This document shows, one piece after another, positions 27,887 to 36,027 of a stretch of DNA of 64,000 nt; positions within the stretch are counted from its first letter, which is position 1, and every line of letters starts with the position of its first letter. The stretch is from a virus (lineage: Duplodnaviria; Caudoviricetes). The notes below the pieces were generated by a model that saw only the letters and a list, made by a program, of their open reading frames with translations, was not told the DNA's origin and searched no databases. The stretch is from positions 2,834-66,833 of IMG/VR virus record IMGVR_UViG_3300049210_000020; one strand, given 5' to 3'. Made by a program: the position numbers and the translations under genes.

Positions 27887-28162
27887 ATGGACACAAATCA
27901 ACTAAACGAACTCGCAACTAACGCGCTGCTGGACCACTGGCCGCCGCATCTAGGCGTACGGACGGAGGCGGAGAAGGTTGCGTATCTGGCCGAGCAATTG
28001 CGGGAAGCGGCTGATGCTGAGGAACGCGCCGACAGTCTGGCTGATGAACTGGAAACCGCGCAGGACCAGACTTATGAGTATGAGCGACAGTTAGAAGCCG
28101 CCAACGCTGAGATCTCTCGCTTGAATGCGGTGATTAAAGAGTTGAAAGCCAAGCAGCAATGA
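27887..28162 (+). CDS. Coiled-coil protein
   Basis: Heptad-rich C-terminus. Confidence 0.6.
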   Translation: MDTNQLNELATNALLDHWPPHLGVRTEAEKVAYLAEQLREAADAEERADSLADELETAQDQTYEYERQLEAANAEISRLNAVIKELKAKQQ

Positions 28163-29235
28163 TCACCCTTAATAGAAAGCAGCTGGCTGACAGCCTGACA
28201 CTGCTCTCCTCGGCGCTGGAAGTGAGAACTGCACAGCCGATTCTAGGCTACATGAAGCTTGAAGCCGCGCAGGGAACCGCAACGCTCACAACCACGCGGC
28301 TCGACGCTACCTTGAGCGTCAGCGTGCCCTGTGAAGGCGATGATCAGGTCTGTTTATTGTTCGCGCCGTTTCGAGACGCGGTAAAGTTGGCACCTGACGG
28401 TCAGGTCAGGCTGCAACGCTTTGAGAACCGCTTTGAAGTCACTGCGGGCCGCTCTCGCCACCGGCTTCCTATCTACGAAACCGACGCTTTTCCAGCAATG
28501 CCCGTCGAGACAGGCCAGACGCTATCAGTTGACGCCAAACGTCTCTTGGACGCTGTAGAACGGGTTAGCCCTTGTGCTGATAAGCGTGAGGGCAGATACG
28601 CGGCTCAAGGCGTGTGTTTAGAGGCGGCAGAAGGTGAACTGAACGTAGTTGCGTGTGACGGCACACAGGCGGGGATTGTGCGGCTAATGGACAGCGATCT
28701 AACGTTTCAGTCCACCGTGCCGAACGTCGCGGTCCCGGCGCTGCGAGCGGTATTAGCTGATCGGGACACGGCCATGCTGACGGTGAATGAAAACAGTCTC
28801 ACAGTGGAGTGCGAGGGCCGCAAGATGGTAACGCGACTCCTGCTCGGCACATTCCCGCCGTGGCGCATGATTGTGCCGACTGAGACGCCGCATAGCGTGA
28901 CGCTGACTACTGAGGTCAGGGATGCAATCCGGCGCTGCTGCGTAACTGCCAGCGAGGGGAATCTGGTACGGCACAGGCTAAAGCTGGAGTTTGAGCGCGA
29001 ACGGCTTACAGTGTGTTCTTATGAGGGTGACGGGGAGTCGATTGAAGAGGTTCCGGTGAATTGTCCGACACTGAACGGGGAATCGCTGATTGTAAAGGTG
29101 AACGCGGATCAATTGCTCGCGTTTCTAGGGCAGGTGGACACGCCGGAGTTGAGGCTGAAAGACGCGACTTCGATCCTGCTATTGACTGAGGGCGATCATC
29201 GTTATTTACATGCTACGTTGAGGCCGGACGCATGA
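28159..29235 (+). CDS. dnaN: DNA polymerase III beta sliding clamp homolog
   Basis: 358 aa; QPILGYMKLEA, TTTRLDATL, FPAMP, QGVCLE, VACDGTQ, VTRLLLGTFPPWRMIVP, VKVNADQLLAFL. Confidence 0.9.
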   Translation: MITLNRKQLADSLTLLSSALEVRTAQPILGYMKLEAAQGTATLTTTRLDATLSVSVPCEGDDQVCLLFAPFRDAVKLAPDGQVRLQRFENRFEVTAGRSRHRLPIYETDAFPAMPVETGQTLSVDAKRLLDAVERVSPCADKREGRYAAQGVCLEAAEGELNVVACDGTQAGIVRLMDSDLTFQSTVPNVAVPALRAVLADRDTAMLTVNENSLTVECEGRKMVTRLLLGTFPPWRMIVPTETPHSVTLTTEVRDAIRRCCVTASEGNLVRHRLKLEFERERLTVCSYEGDGESIEEVPVNCPTLNGESLIVKVNADQLLAFLGQVDTPELRLKDATSILLLTEGDHRYLHATLRPDA

Positions 29236-31142
29236 AGCCGTATTACGAAGATGAACATGTACAGATCTGGCATGGGGATTGTCGGGAAGTAATAAAGACG
29301 CTCGCTGACAGTTCAGTTGATTCAGTTGTTTGCGATCCCCCCTACGAGCTCGGATTCATGGGCAAGGGCTGGGATCGATCAGGAATCGCTTACGACATTG
29401 CGGTGTGGTCTGAGTGCTTGCGTGTTCTTAAACCCGGCGGTCACCTGCTTGCGTTCGGAGGCTCACGAACTTATCACCGCTTAGCTTGCGCGATCGAAGA
29501 TGCGGGCTTTGAAATTCGCGATCAGATTCAGTGGATTTACGGATGCCTGAGCGATGATACAGAAATCCTCATCAATGGGCAGTGGGAGCCTTACCATAAA
29601 GCCGTAAAAGGTAGTCCCGTATTATGCTACAATGTGGGCCATGACACCTTTGAGTGGCAGCCCGTCCAAGACCTGTACGTCTATCAATACAGCGATACCG
29701 CATACAGAATTCAATCGGCTTCTACGGATCAAATCGTCTCCCGAAATCATCGCTGCATCGTTGAACGAAGCGGAGCGTACACATTCGGAGTTGCTGAGGA
29801 AGTCGCACGGGAACGCGAAGCGCGTGTACCCGTTTTGGAAAACGTGTCGGCAGTGCTCGACGCCTTTTGCATGTTGGACCAAAGAGCAAGCTGTTCGGAA
29901 TGCGACGTGCTCTCCGTTATGCACAGCGAAGGCAATCTCGACCGCAAAGAAGGGAAAAACAAAACCTCTTTCGGAACGGAAGGGGCGGGTGATTATTTGT
30001 GCGGTGTGTCGCAAGAAGAAATGGAAGCCGGATGCCGCGCTTCGCAAGGTGGAAACGCCAACGTGCTCATATCAGTGCAACGGAAAATTGCGGAGCACGA
30101 CTCTAACCAAAAACAAGTTCGACAGAACCGGAATGAAGTTTCCGGGCACGGGGCTAAAGGGCGACAAGAATCCGGCGTGGAAGGGCGGTGTAACTTATTT
30201 TCGGAAACACGGCAACTACAAGCCCATCAAGTATGTGCGATGCCCGCCGGAATTTCAGGCAATGGCCCGCAAGGATGGCTACGTGATGGAGCATCGTCTT
30301 TTGGTGGCCCAAGCAATCGGACGGTGTTTGCTTCGGCTGGAGACAGTTCACCACGACGATCACGATCCTGCCAACAACGAATTGACGAACTTCCTTCTTT
30401 TTGCCACGAACCGCGATCACAAACTGTACGAGCATCACGGTTCACCCGCACCGATCTGGCGCGGATAACCCCCTTTCATTATGACGGCGTTGTCTGGTGC
30501 GTTCGCGTGCCTTCGGGCGCGTTTGTGGCGCGGCGCAACGGTAAGGTATTCGTTACAGGCAATTCAGGCTTTCCCAAATCATTGGACGTGTCGAAAGCAA
30601 TTGACGCGGCTGCGGGAGCGGAACGTGAGATTGTTGGGCGCAAGCCGATAGGTTGGGGCGGTCTTCACGCCAATGCGCGGTTGAACGATGATGGTTGGGC
30701 CAAGATTGGAAGTGATTATCCCGATGGACAACCGATCACCGCTGCAACATCAGACGGGGCCAAGCAGTGGAACGGCTGGGGCACAGCATTAAAGCCCGCA
30801 CATGAGCCGATTGTGTTAGCCCGCAAGCCTATCGTTGGCACCGTTGCCCAAAACATACTTGAGCACGGAACGGGCGGGCTAAATATCGATGGGTGCAGAA
30901 TTGAAGGTAGAAGTTGGGGAAGTCGTCCCGCGATTAAATTAACGAGCAAGGGTAAAAGCGGCGGGGGCTTCGGACAGACCTCGTGGGAACCAATAGCAGG
31001 GCAAGTCAACGAAGATCGCGGTCTCGGACGCTGGCCCGCAAATGTTATCACGAGCTACCCCGAAGATGAATACGCGCTCCGATCCAGCATAACACCAGAG
31101 CAAAAGAAAGAGCTATTCAAGTGGCTATATGAGAACGCCTAA
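29232..31142 (+). CDS. DNA amino-methyltransferase (N6/N4), N-terminal part, intein-containing
   Basis: IWHGDCREV, SVVCDPPYEL, LRVLKPGGHLLAFG, FEIRDQIQWIYG|intein|SGFPKS, GTALKPAHEPIVLARKP, GRWPANVI. Confidence 0.88.
   Translation: MKPYYEDEHVQIWHGDCREVIKTLADSSVDSVVCDPPYELGFMGKGWDRSGIAYDIAVWSECLRVLKPGGHLLAFGGSRTYHRLACAIEDAGFEIRDQIQWIYGCLSDDTEILINGQWEPYHKAVKGSPVLCYNVGHDTFEWQPVQDLYVYQYSDTAYRIQSASTDQIVSRNHRCIVERSGAYTFGVAEEVAREREARVPVLENVSAVLDAFCMLDQRASCSECDVLSVMHSEGNLDRKEGKNKTSFGTEGAGDYLCGVSQEEMEAGCRASQGGNANVLISVQRKIAEHDSNQKQVRQNRNEVSGHGAKGRQESGVEGRCNLFSETRQLQAHQVCAMPAGISGNGPQGWLRDGASSFGGPSNRTVFASAGDSSPRRSRSCQQRIDELPSFCHEPRSQTVRASRFTRTDLARITPFHYDGVVWCVRVPSGAFVARRNGKVFVTGNSGFPKSLDVSKAIDAAAGAEREIVGRKPIGWGGLHANARLNDDGWAKIGSDYPDGQPITAATSDGAKQWNGWGTALKPAHEPIVLARKPIVGTVAQNILEHGTGGLNIDGCRIEGRSWGSRPAIKLTSKGKSGGGFGQTSWEPIAGQVNEDRGLGRWPANVITSYPEDEYALRSSITPEQKKELFKWLYENA
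29544..30563 (+). mobile_element. Intein (340 aa) in the methyltransferase
   Basis: Block A CLSDDTEILING, block B DQIVSRNHRC, block F/G YDGVVWCVRVPSGAFVARRNGKVFVTGN followed by +1 Ser; removal restores WIYG-SGFPKS. Confidence 0.9.
29632..30468 (+). CDS. HNH endonuclease encoded in +1 frame inside the intein
   Basis: CRQC, CAVC...CSYQC, KGDKNPAWKGG, DGYVMEHRLLVAQAIGRCL...ETVHHDDHDPANNELTN; true start uncertain. Confidence 0.85.
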   Translation: MWAMTPLSGSPSKTCTSINTAIPHTEFNRLLRIKSSPEIIAASLNEAERTHSELLRKSHGNAKRVYPFWKTCRQCSTPFACWTKEQAVRNATCSPLCTAKAISTAKKGKTKPLSERKGRVIICAVCRKKKWKPDAALRKVETPTCSYQCNGKLRSTTLTKNKFDRTGMKFPGTGLKGDKNPAWKGGVTYFRKHGNYKPIKYVRCPPEFQAMARKDGYVMEHRLLVAQAIGRCLLRLETVHHDDHDPANNELTNFLLFATNRDHKLYEHHGSPAPIWRG

Positions 31143-31758
31143 CTGTAAATGCTTGGTTTGCGCGAAGCCACTCTATCGCCGTCCGTTTGAACTGGCGAAG
31201 GTGAGACATGTCGCATGTATGGCCCACCGTGCGGAGGCGCAGAAGCTCTCCGGTATCACGGAGAAACAACGCGCGGGCCTTGCTCTTGGAAGTGTTAAAG
31301 GGACGAATCACCGGGAGGGCCACGTCAAGAGCGAAACAACCAAGCTCAAGATAGCCGAGGCCAACAAGAAATATTGGGCTGACCATCCCGCCGAGCTTGC
31401 TGCCAGAGGCGAACAGATGCGCGGAGAAAACCACTATCAATGGAAAGGTGGCATAACGGAACTAAATAAGGCAATTCGGCAGATGAACGAAAACCGCAAA
31501 TGGATGGATGCTGTAAAGGAACGTGATAGTGAGAAGTGCACTCGTTGCGGCTCGGTAGAGGAAATCGAAAGCCACCACATTATTGAACTCGTGACGCTAA
31601 TTGAAATCTACGAAGTTAAGACGCGAGACGATGCGCGGGCCGTTCCTGCGTTTTGGGACTTGAGCAACGGCGAAACGCTTTGCCGACGATGTCATTACGC
31701 GGAACACGGAAGGACATATCGTGCAGATAGAAGAGACGACATACAAGAAGCTGCCTAA
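31129..31758 (+). mobile_element. Free-standing HNH endonuclease splitting the methyltransferase
   Basis: CLVC, NUMOD3-like HVKSETTKLKIAEANK, GENHYQWKGG, ERDSEKCTRCG...ESHHI...WDLSNGETLCRRCH. Confidence 0.85.
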
Positions 31759-32374
31759 CCATCTAAAGGCGTTGTTTTACAAGCTGCCGAATCCCGGATC
31801 AGATGAAGTGCTGGCAGCGTTTCCAGACGCACCGGGGCAACAGCGCAGCGCGAGCGACAGCCAGCGGACGCAAGGTCTTGTTTATAGCGCAATCAGTCTG
31901 AACGGGACTCGTATACATGAACCGCGTGAAGACTTTGGCTCTGCAGCGCGATTCTTCTACTGCGCGAAAGCAAGCCAAGAAGATCGAAACGAAGGCTTAG
32001 AAGATCTTCCAATGCAGAGCGCGGGCGCGGTCACTGATCGCAAGGACGGAAGCGCCGGCCTGAACTCACCACGAGCTGGAGCGGGCCGAAATAACGGATC
32101 GCGCAACCCTCATCCAACAGTTAAGCCAACCGACTTAATGCGGTATCTCTGCCGACTCATAACGCCTCCGGGCGGCACAGTGCTAGATCCGTTTTGTGGA
32201 TCAGGCAGCACGGGCAAAGCAGCGGTGCTCGAGGGGTTACGGTTCATTGGCGTTGAGTTAAGTGCTGAATATTGCGAACTGGCTCGACGTCGAATAAAGG
32301 TGCAGTACAACAGAATGACCTTGTACCACCTGATAGAAGCTAAAGAACGACAGGGAGCGCTGCTTGATGGCTGA
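31721..32374 (+). CDS. DNA methyltransferase, C-terminal part
   Basis: GSDEVLAAFP, SAARFFYCAKAS, NPHPTVKPTDLMRYLCRLITPPGGTVLDPFCGSGSTG (SAM motif), FIGVELSAEYC. Confidence 0.9.
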   Translation: MQIEETTYKKLPNHLKALFYKLPNPGSDEVLAAFPDAPGQQRSASDSQRTQGLVYSAISLNGTRIHEPREDFGSAARFFYCAKASQEDRNEGLEDLPMQSAGAVTDRKDGSAGLNSPRAGAGRNNGSRNPHPTVKPTDLMRYLCRLITPPGGTVLDPFCGSGSTGKAAVLEGLRFIGVELSAEYCELARRRIKVQYNRMTLYHLIEAKERQGALLDG

Positions 32375-32540
32375 CGACACGAAAATCGACGCTGACCGCG
32401 AGTGGACTCCTGATCGAATAGCGGCGCTGGAGTGCGTGGATCGCGGTGAAGGGTTGAAGCCGTGTCATGTTTATGTTGACGGGAGCGGGAGATGTCAATG
32501 CGGCGACGGGCCGGATTTGAATGAGCGGAGGGTGAAGTGA
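32367..32540 (+). CDS. Hypothetical 57-aa protein (not in track)
   Basis: MADDTKIDADREW...; GTGA coupling downstream. Confidence 0.45.
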   Translation: MADDTKIDADREWTPDRIAALECVDRGEGLKPCHVYVDGSGRCQCGDGPDLNERRVK

Positions 32541-32843
32541 GCGACTTAACTGAGAGAATATGCATGGCCCAAGTCGAAGCGGGCGAGAATGCTGTCGTTG
32601 ACGATCTGCGCCGGAAGGGGTTACTACCACCAACAAAAACCGCCATCGCAATTCGACTTGGATCAGCTACGCAGCCACATGCGAGAGTTCATCGACGAGC
32701 GCGCGCCGGATAGTTCATCGGTGACGGAGTACGAATGGCCCTTTGAAACGTTCCTTCAATGGCTCAGTAAGCGCCGCGTGGCAGACGACAACGTACTGAC
32801 ATTCAAAATTGAGAAGGGAGCGGGGAATGGGAATGTATCGTAA
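32537..32843 (+). pseudogene. ORF with apparent +1 insertion
   Basis: GTG start coupled to upstream stop; ...LLPPT then KPPSQFDL in +1 frame at A5 run 32635-39; length 3n+1. Confidence 0.4.
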
Positions 32844-33105
32844 GAAGCCTATTGTAATCGAAGCTGAACAGTTTCATGGCGCACGAATCGGACAGGATAC
32901 ATCCGAATGGATTGACTCGTTTCCGCGTGGCGTCTGCTTTAAGGGCTGCTCTGGTTCTCGGTTTCCACACCTGCATACAATTCATCAAGGGCAAGTCGTA
33001 GATCTGGTAGACGGCGATTGGGTTATACCTGAGTCTGACGGCGAGCACTTTTATCCGTGTAAGCCTGATGTGTTCGCGGCTACTTACGAGAAAGTTGAGG
33101 GCTGA
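32833..33105 (+). CDS. Conserved phage protein (YRKKPIVIEA family)
   Basis: MYRKKPIVIEAEQF...GDWVI...YPCKPDVFAATYE. Confidence 0.75.
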   Translation: MYRKKPIVIEAEQFHGARIGQDTSEWIDSFPRGVCFKGCSGSRFPHLHTIHQGQVVDLVDGDWVIPESDGEHFYPCKPDVFAATYEKVEG

Positions 33106-33108
33106 CTT

Positions 33109-33924
33109 ATGGGAAGACGAGCATCGAAGGATAAACAGATTCTCGAAGAAGCATGGCAGCGATTCGAAGCCTCGGCGGCGGAAGTTAGCAAGCTGGAGAC
33201 GCAACTGGCTATCGCTAAAGCCACCAGCGGCGCTCATCAGCAAGCATACAACGCACTGACGCAATCTCTCGCCCCGCAACCACGCCAGAGCGCGGGTACA
33301 AAGCCGGACGGGAAACGCTGCACTCATCAATTTGAAGACCTAAATGGTGTAATATGCGGCGGAACTAAAAGCAATATGCTTCACGATCCTGCTCAGAGTT
33401 CTGTGCGTTACCATGAGTTCACAACGAAGGGACCAAAGAAGAAATCTAACGCCTCGAAGGATAGTCCGAGCCGCGGTAAGGGCCAGTGCGCTCACGAGTA
33501 TCCCGACAATCGATTCTGCGGACAACCTGATACAGATCCGATCCATGCCGAAGACAATGACGACGTGTTTGCTCACGCGTTTATTGCGTCCGGTGCAAGG
33601 AAGAAGTCGAGCATAAAGAAACAGGCGAGGTTGCCAACTTCATCTAGCGAAGACCTAATGGATCGACGACCCGCGCCAGACGAAATATGCACTTATATCT
33701 CTGACGACGGGCGCGGCAACGGCGCAGAGTGCCGCTCTGTTCAAGCTGACCCGATTCACGATAAATCAATGGGCTATGGTGGCTATCACCCTTTTCAACC
33801 GTCGTCTGCTGCATCCAGTGCTCAGCCGCTATCATCAGCGAATGGCGTGGGGAGCAGTTCTATTCTGAATTCCGTGGACGAAACGGCGAGTGCTGGCGTT
33901 GCAGCGGGAGGTTCAAGTGACTGA
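33109..33924 (+). CDS. Coiled-coil protein with three Cys/His repeats
   Basis: N-terminal coiled coil; three C..C..H..H units. Confidence 0.65.
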   Translation: MGRRASKDKQILEEAWQRFEASAAEVSKLETQLAIAKATSGAHQQAYNALTQSLAPQPRQSAGTKPDGKRCTHQFEDLNGVICGGTKSNMLHDPAQSSVRYHEFTTKGPKKKSNASKDSPSRGKGQCAHEYPDNRFCGQPDTDPIHAEDNDDVFAHAFIASGARKKSSIKKQARLPTSSSEDLMDRRPAPDEICTYISDDGRGNGAECRSVQADPIHDKSMGYGGYHPFQPSSAASSAQPLSSANGVGSSSILNSVDETASAGVAAGGSSD

Positions 33925-33961
33925 TGTGCGATCATATGGCGCAGATGAAGGAAGAGAAGTA

Positions 33962-34237
33962 ATGGCCCACACTTGTCACGCCATCGGCTGCGAGCGTTAT
34001 GTACCGCCGCAGATGCTTATGTGTCGTCAGCACTGGTTCTCCGTGCCGCCTAAACTGCGCAACCGCGTCTGGTCCACTTACCGTGACGGTCAGTGCGACA
34101 CCCTCGATCCAACGTCGGCGTACTGTCAAGCGGCGAAAGCAGCGGTGCTTGCAGTTGCTGAGCGCGAAGGCCGAGAGATCGATCCGAGGCATCCAAAGTT
34201 GCTGCTGTATGATATGGTCCAAGTCTCAGACGAGTAG
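33962..34237 (+). CDS. Conserved phage zinc-binding protein
   Basis: HTCHAIGC...MLMCRQHWFSVP. Confidence 0.7.
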   Translation: MAHTCHAIGCERYVPPQMLMCRQHWFSVPPKLRNRVWSTYRDGQCDTLDPTSAYCQAAKAAVLAVAEREGREIDPRHPKLLLYDMVQVSDE

Positions 34238-34239
34238 CT

Positions 34240-34515
34240 ATGACCACTCCAGCCTTCGACAACCGTGGCTACGTCGGCCTCTCGTGCCCTAACTGCGGCC
34301 ACGCGCGAGCGCACGTCATCGACACGAATATGCGCGATGGCAGGGCAGCGCGGCGGCGTCGCAACCAGTGCAAGTCGTGTAAATTCCATTTCACAACTTA
34401 CGAAGTACTCGCGGAGGAGTACGAGAAGATGCTGACCATGCGGGTTGATGCGAAGCAATTTGAATCGGTAATCAGTCAGCTACGTGCAATCAAGGCTCAA
34501 TTCGGGAGGCTCTAA
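34240..34515 (+). CDS. NrdR-like zinc-ribbon protein lacking ATP cone
   Basis: CPNCG...VIDT...RRRRNQCKSCKFHFTTYE. Confidence 0.75.
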   Translation: MTTPAFDNRGYVGLSCPNCGHARAHVIDTNMRDGRAARRRRNQCKSCKFHFTTYEVLAEEYEKMLTMRVDAKQFESVISQLRAIKAQFGRL

Positions 34516-34527
34516 CGGAATAGAAAA

Positions 34528-34959
34528 ATGAAACAGACCAATGGATATCGATACTGGGTATCACCGCCTGAGTTACTTGATCCGCTACAAGCGGAGTTTA
34601 ACTTTGACTTCGATCCTTGTCCGCATCCCAGGCCAGATGATTTCGACGGCCTTGATGTTGAGTGGGGTCAACGCAATTGGGTTAATCCGCCGTTTACGGG
34701 GGGCGTGATGGCGTGGATCAAAAAGGCGCGGATTGAGCAAGCAAAAGGTAAGCTTGTGGTTCTTATCTTGCCGATCTATCAGGTGCGGGCAGTCGCTACT
34801 CTAGGAACCTATGGCGCAGAGATTCGTTACGCCGGAGCACCGATCTGGCTGGCGATTGAAAATGGTTCACCTAACCCCGTGCCGCCGTCGAGCAGGCAGC
34901 CATGTTTATTATTTATCCTACGACCTCCCGGAGGCCGCAATGGACATCAACAGCGCTAA
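34528..34959 (+). CDS. Phage Dam-like N6-adenine DNA methyltransferase
   Basis: [34 protein letters not shown]. Confidence 0.8.
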   Translation: MKQTNGYRYWVSPPELLDPLQAEFNFDFDPCPHPRPDDFDGLDVEWGQRNWVNPPFTGGVMAWIKKARIEQAKGKLVVLILPIYQVRAVATLGTYGAEIRYAGAPIWLAIENGSPNPVPPSSRQPCLLFILRPPGGRNGHQQR

Positions 34960-35143
34960 AACTGAATACGACTTCCTGCTCGGCTTCTACCTGCACCTTG
35001 CAGTATTCGATCCGTTCACCAGCACGTTCAAGTTTCTCACTCCGACTGAGCGACAGGAAGTGATGCTGACGATCTCGGTGTTGCAGCGGAAGTTGTGTGA
35101 GATTATGCCCAAGGTGCGGGATCGGGAGGCGGTGACGAGGTAG
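34940..35143 (+). CDS. Hypothetical protein
   Basis: GGAGG RBS before ATG 34940. Confidence 0.5.
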   Translation: MDINSAKTEYDFLLGFYLHLAVFDPFTSTFKFLTPTERQEVMLTISVLQRKLCEIMPKVRDREAVTR

Positions 35144-35144
35144 A

Positions 35145-35580
35145 GTGGCGGTGGTCGTGACTGCGGGAGAGCGGCGTCTCTTAATTGCGCAGGGCGCGGG
35201 AAGCAGGAGGAGGGCTAATCCGCACAGATCTTTGAAGGCTTGCGCGGGCGATAGCGGAAGGACGCATACGAACTGGACCGCCTTATCCGAATAAGTGGCC
35301 GAAGATCCAGCGTTAAAATCGAGTTCGATTCGGCGGACTCGGTTAACGGGTGTCGAGTCCCGTCCCGCGTAATTTTCGATAAGGTGAACAAGGCGGGAAG
35401 TAGTTAAAATCTAAACGAAAGGAAAGAGCGATCTGGTTGTAAGGTTGATTTAGAACTGAGAACAACTCTGCGTTGATTAGGACCCTGACGCGGAGTTAGA
35501 AGCAGGAGAGACGTTCACTTGATTGCTTGGGAGGGCGTCTCTTCTGGCGGTACTCGAATTTACATCAACAACATGGAGCA
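35145..35580 (+). ncRNA. Candidate structured ncRNA with tRNA-like domain
   Basis: ORF-free gap; several stems with G-U pairs on the plus strand (35464-97, 35504-45); acceptor/T-arm-like fold at 35242-35371. Confidence 0.4.
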
Positions 35581-35587
35581 TTAACAA

Positions 35588-35830
35588 ATGAAAGCTATCT
35601 CGCTCTGCTCAGTCGCAACTTTCATGCTCGTACTACTTCTCTACGCACTCGTTTTTAATCTTAATCCACTAAACCGGATTGGATACGCAGTATTCATCAG
35701 CGTACTACCTGCGATTCTCAGCCTGATTATCGTGCGACTCTATAGATTCACAGCACGAGGGGCGGTGGCGACTTATGCGATCCTGCTATTGATGACGGTT
35801 ACGATTCAGGGATGGATACGGGTGCCATGA
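35588..35830 (+). CDS. Small three-helix membrane protein
   Basis: Three hydrophobic segments; GGAG RBS. Confidence 0.65.
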   Translation: MKAISLCSVATFMLVLLLYALVFNLNPLNRIGYAVFISVLPAILSLIIVRLYRFTARGAVATYAILLLMTVTIQGWIRVP

Positions 35831-36015
35831 ACCACACTGGGAACACTCACGACACACGCTGGCTCTGCTGGTCATGCGGCGATCTCGATCGACTCAATGA
35901 CGACGGGCTGTGTCGCCGCTGCAAGCCTGAGGCGGTGGGGGAGTTTTATCAAATCTGCATGCGCGTGGTAGCGGGGGAGAAGAAAGAGACGAGACAGGTG
36001 TGGGTGATTGGATGA
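35827..36015 (+). CDS. Small zinc-binding protein
   Basis: CWSCG...CRRC. Confidence 0.5.
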   Translation: MNHTGNTHDTRWLCWSCGDLDRLNDDGLCRRCKPEAVGEFYQICMRVVAGEKKETRQVWVIG

Positions 36016-36027
36016 CAGAGGGGCGTG

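Noticed and set aside
35242-35371. Canonical tRNA or tmRNA gene
   Set aside because: 8-nt T loop lacking TTC, no 7-nt anticodon loop, no CCA, no tag ORF; kept only as tRNA-like.
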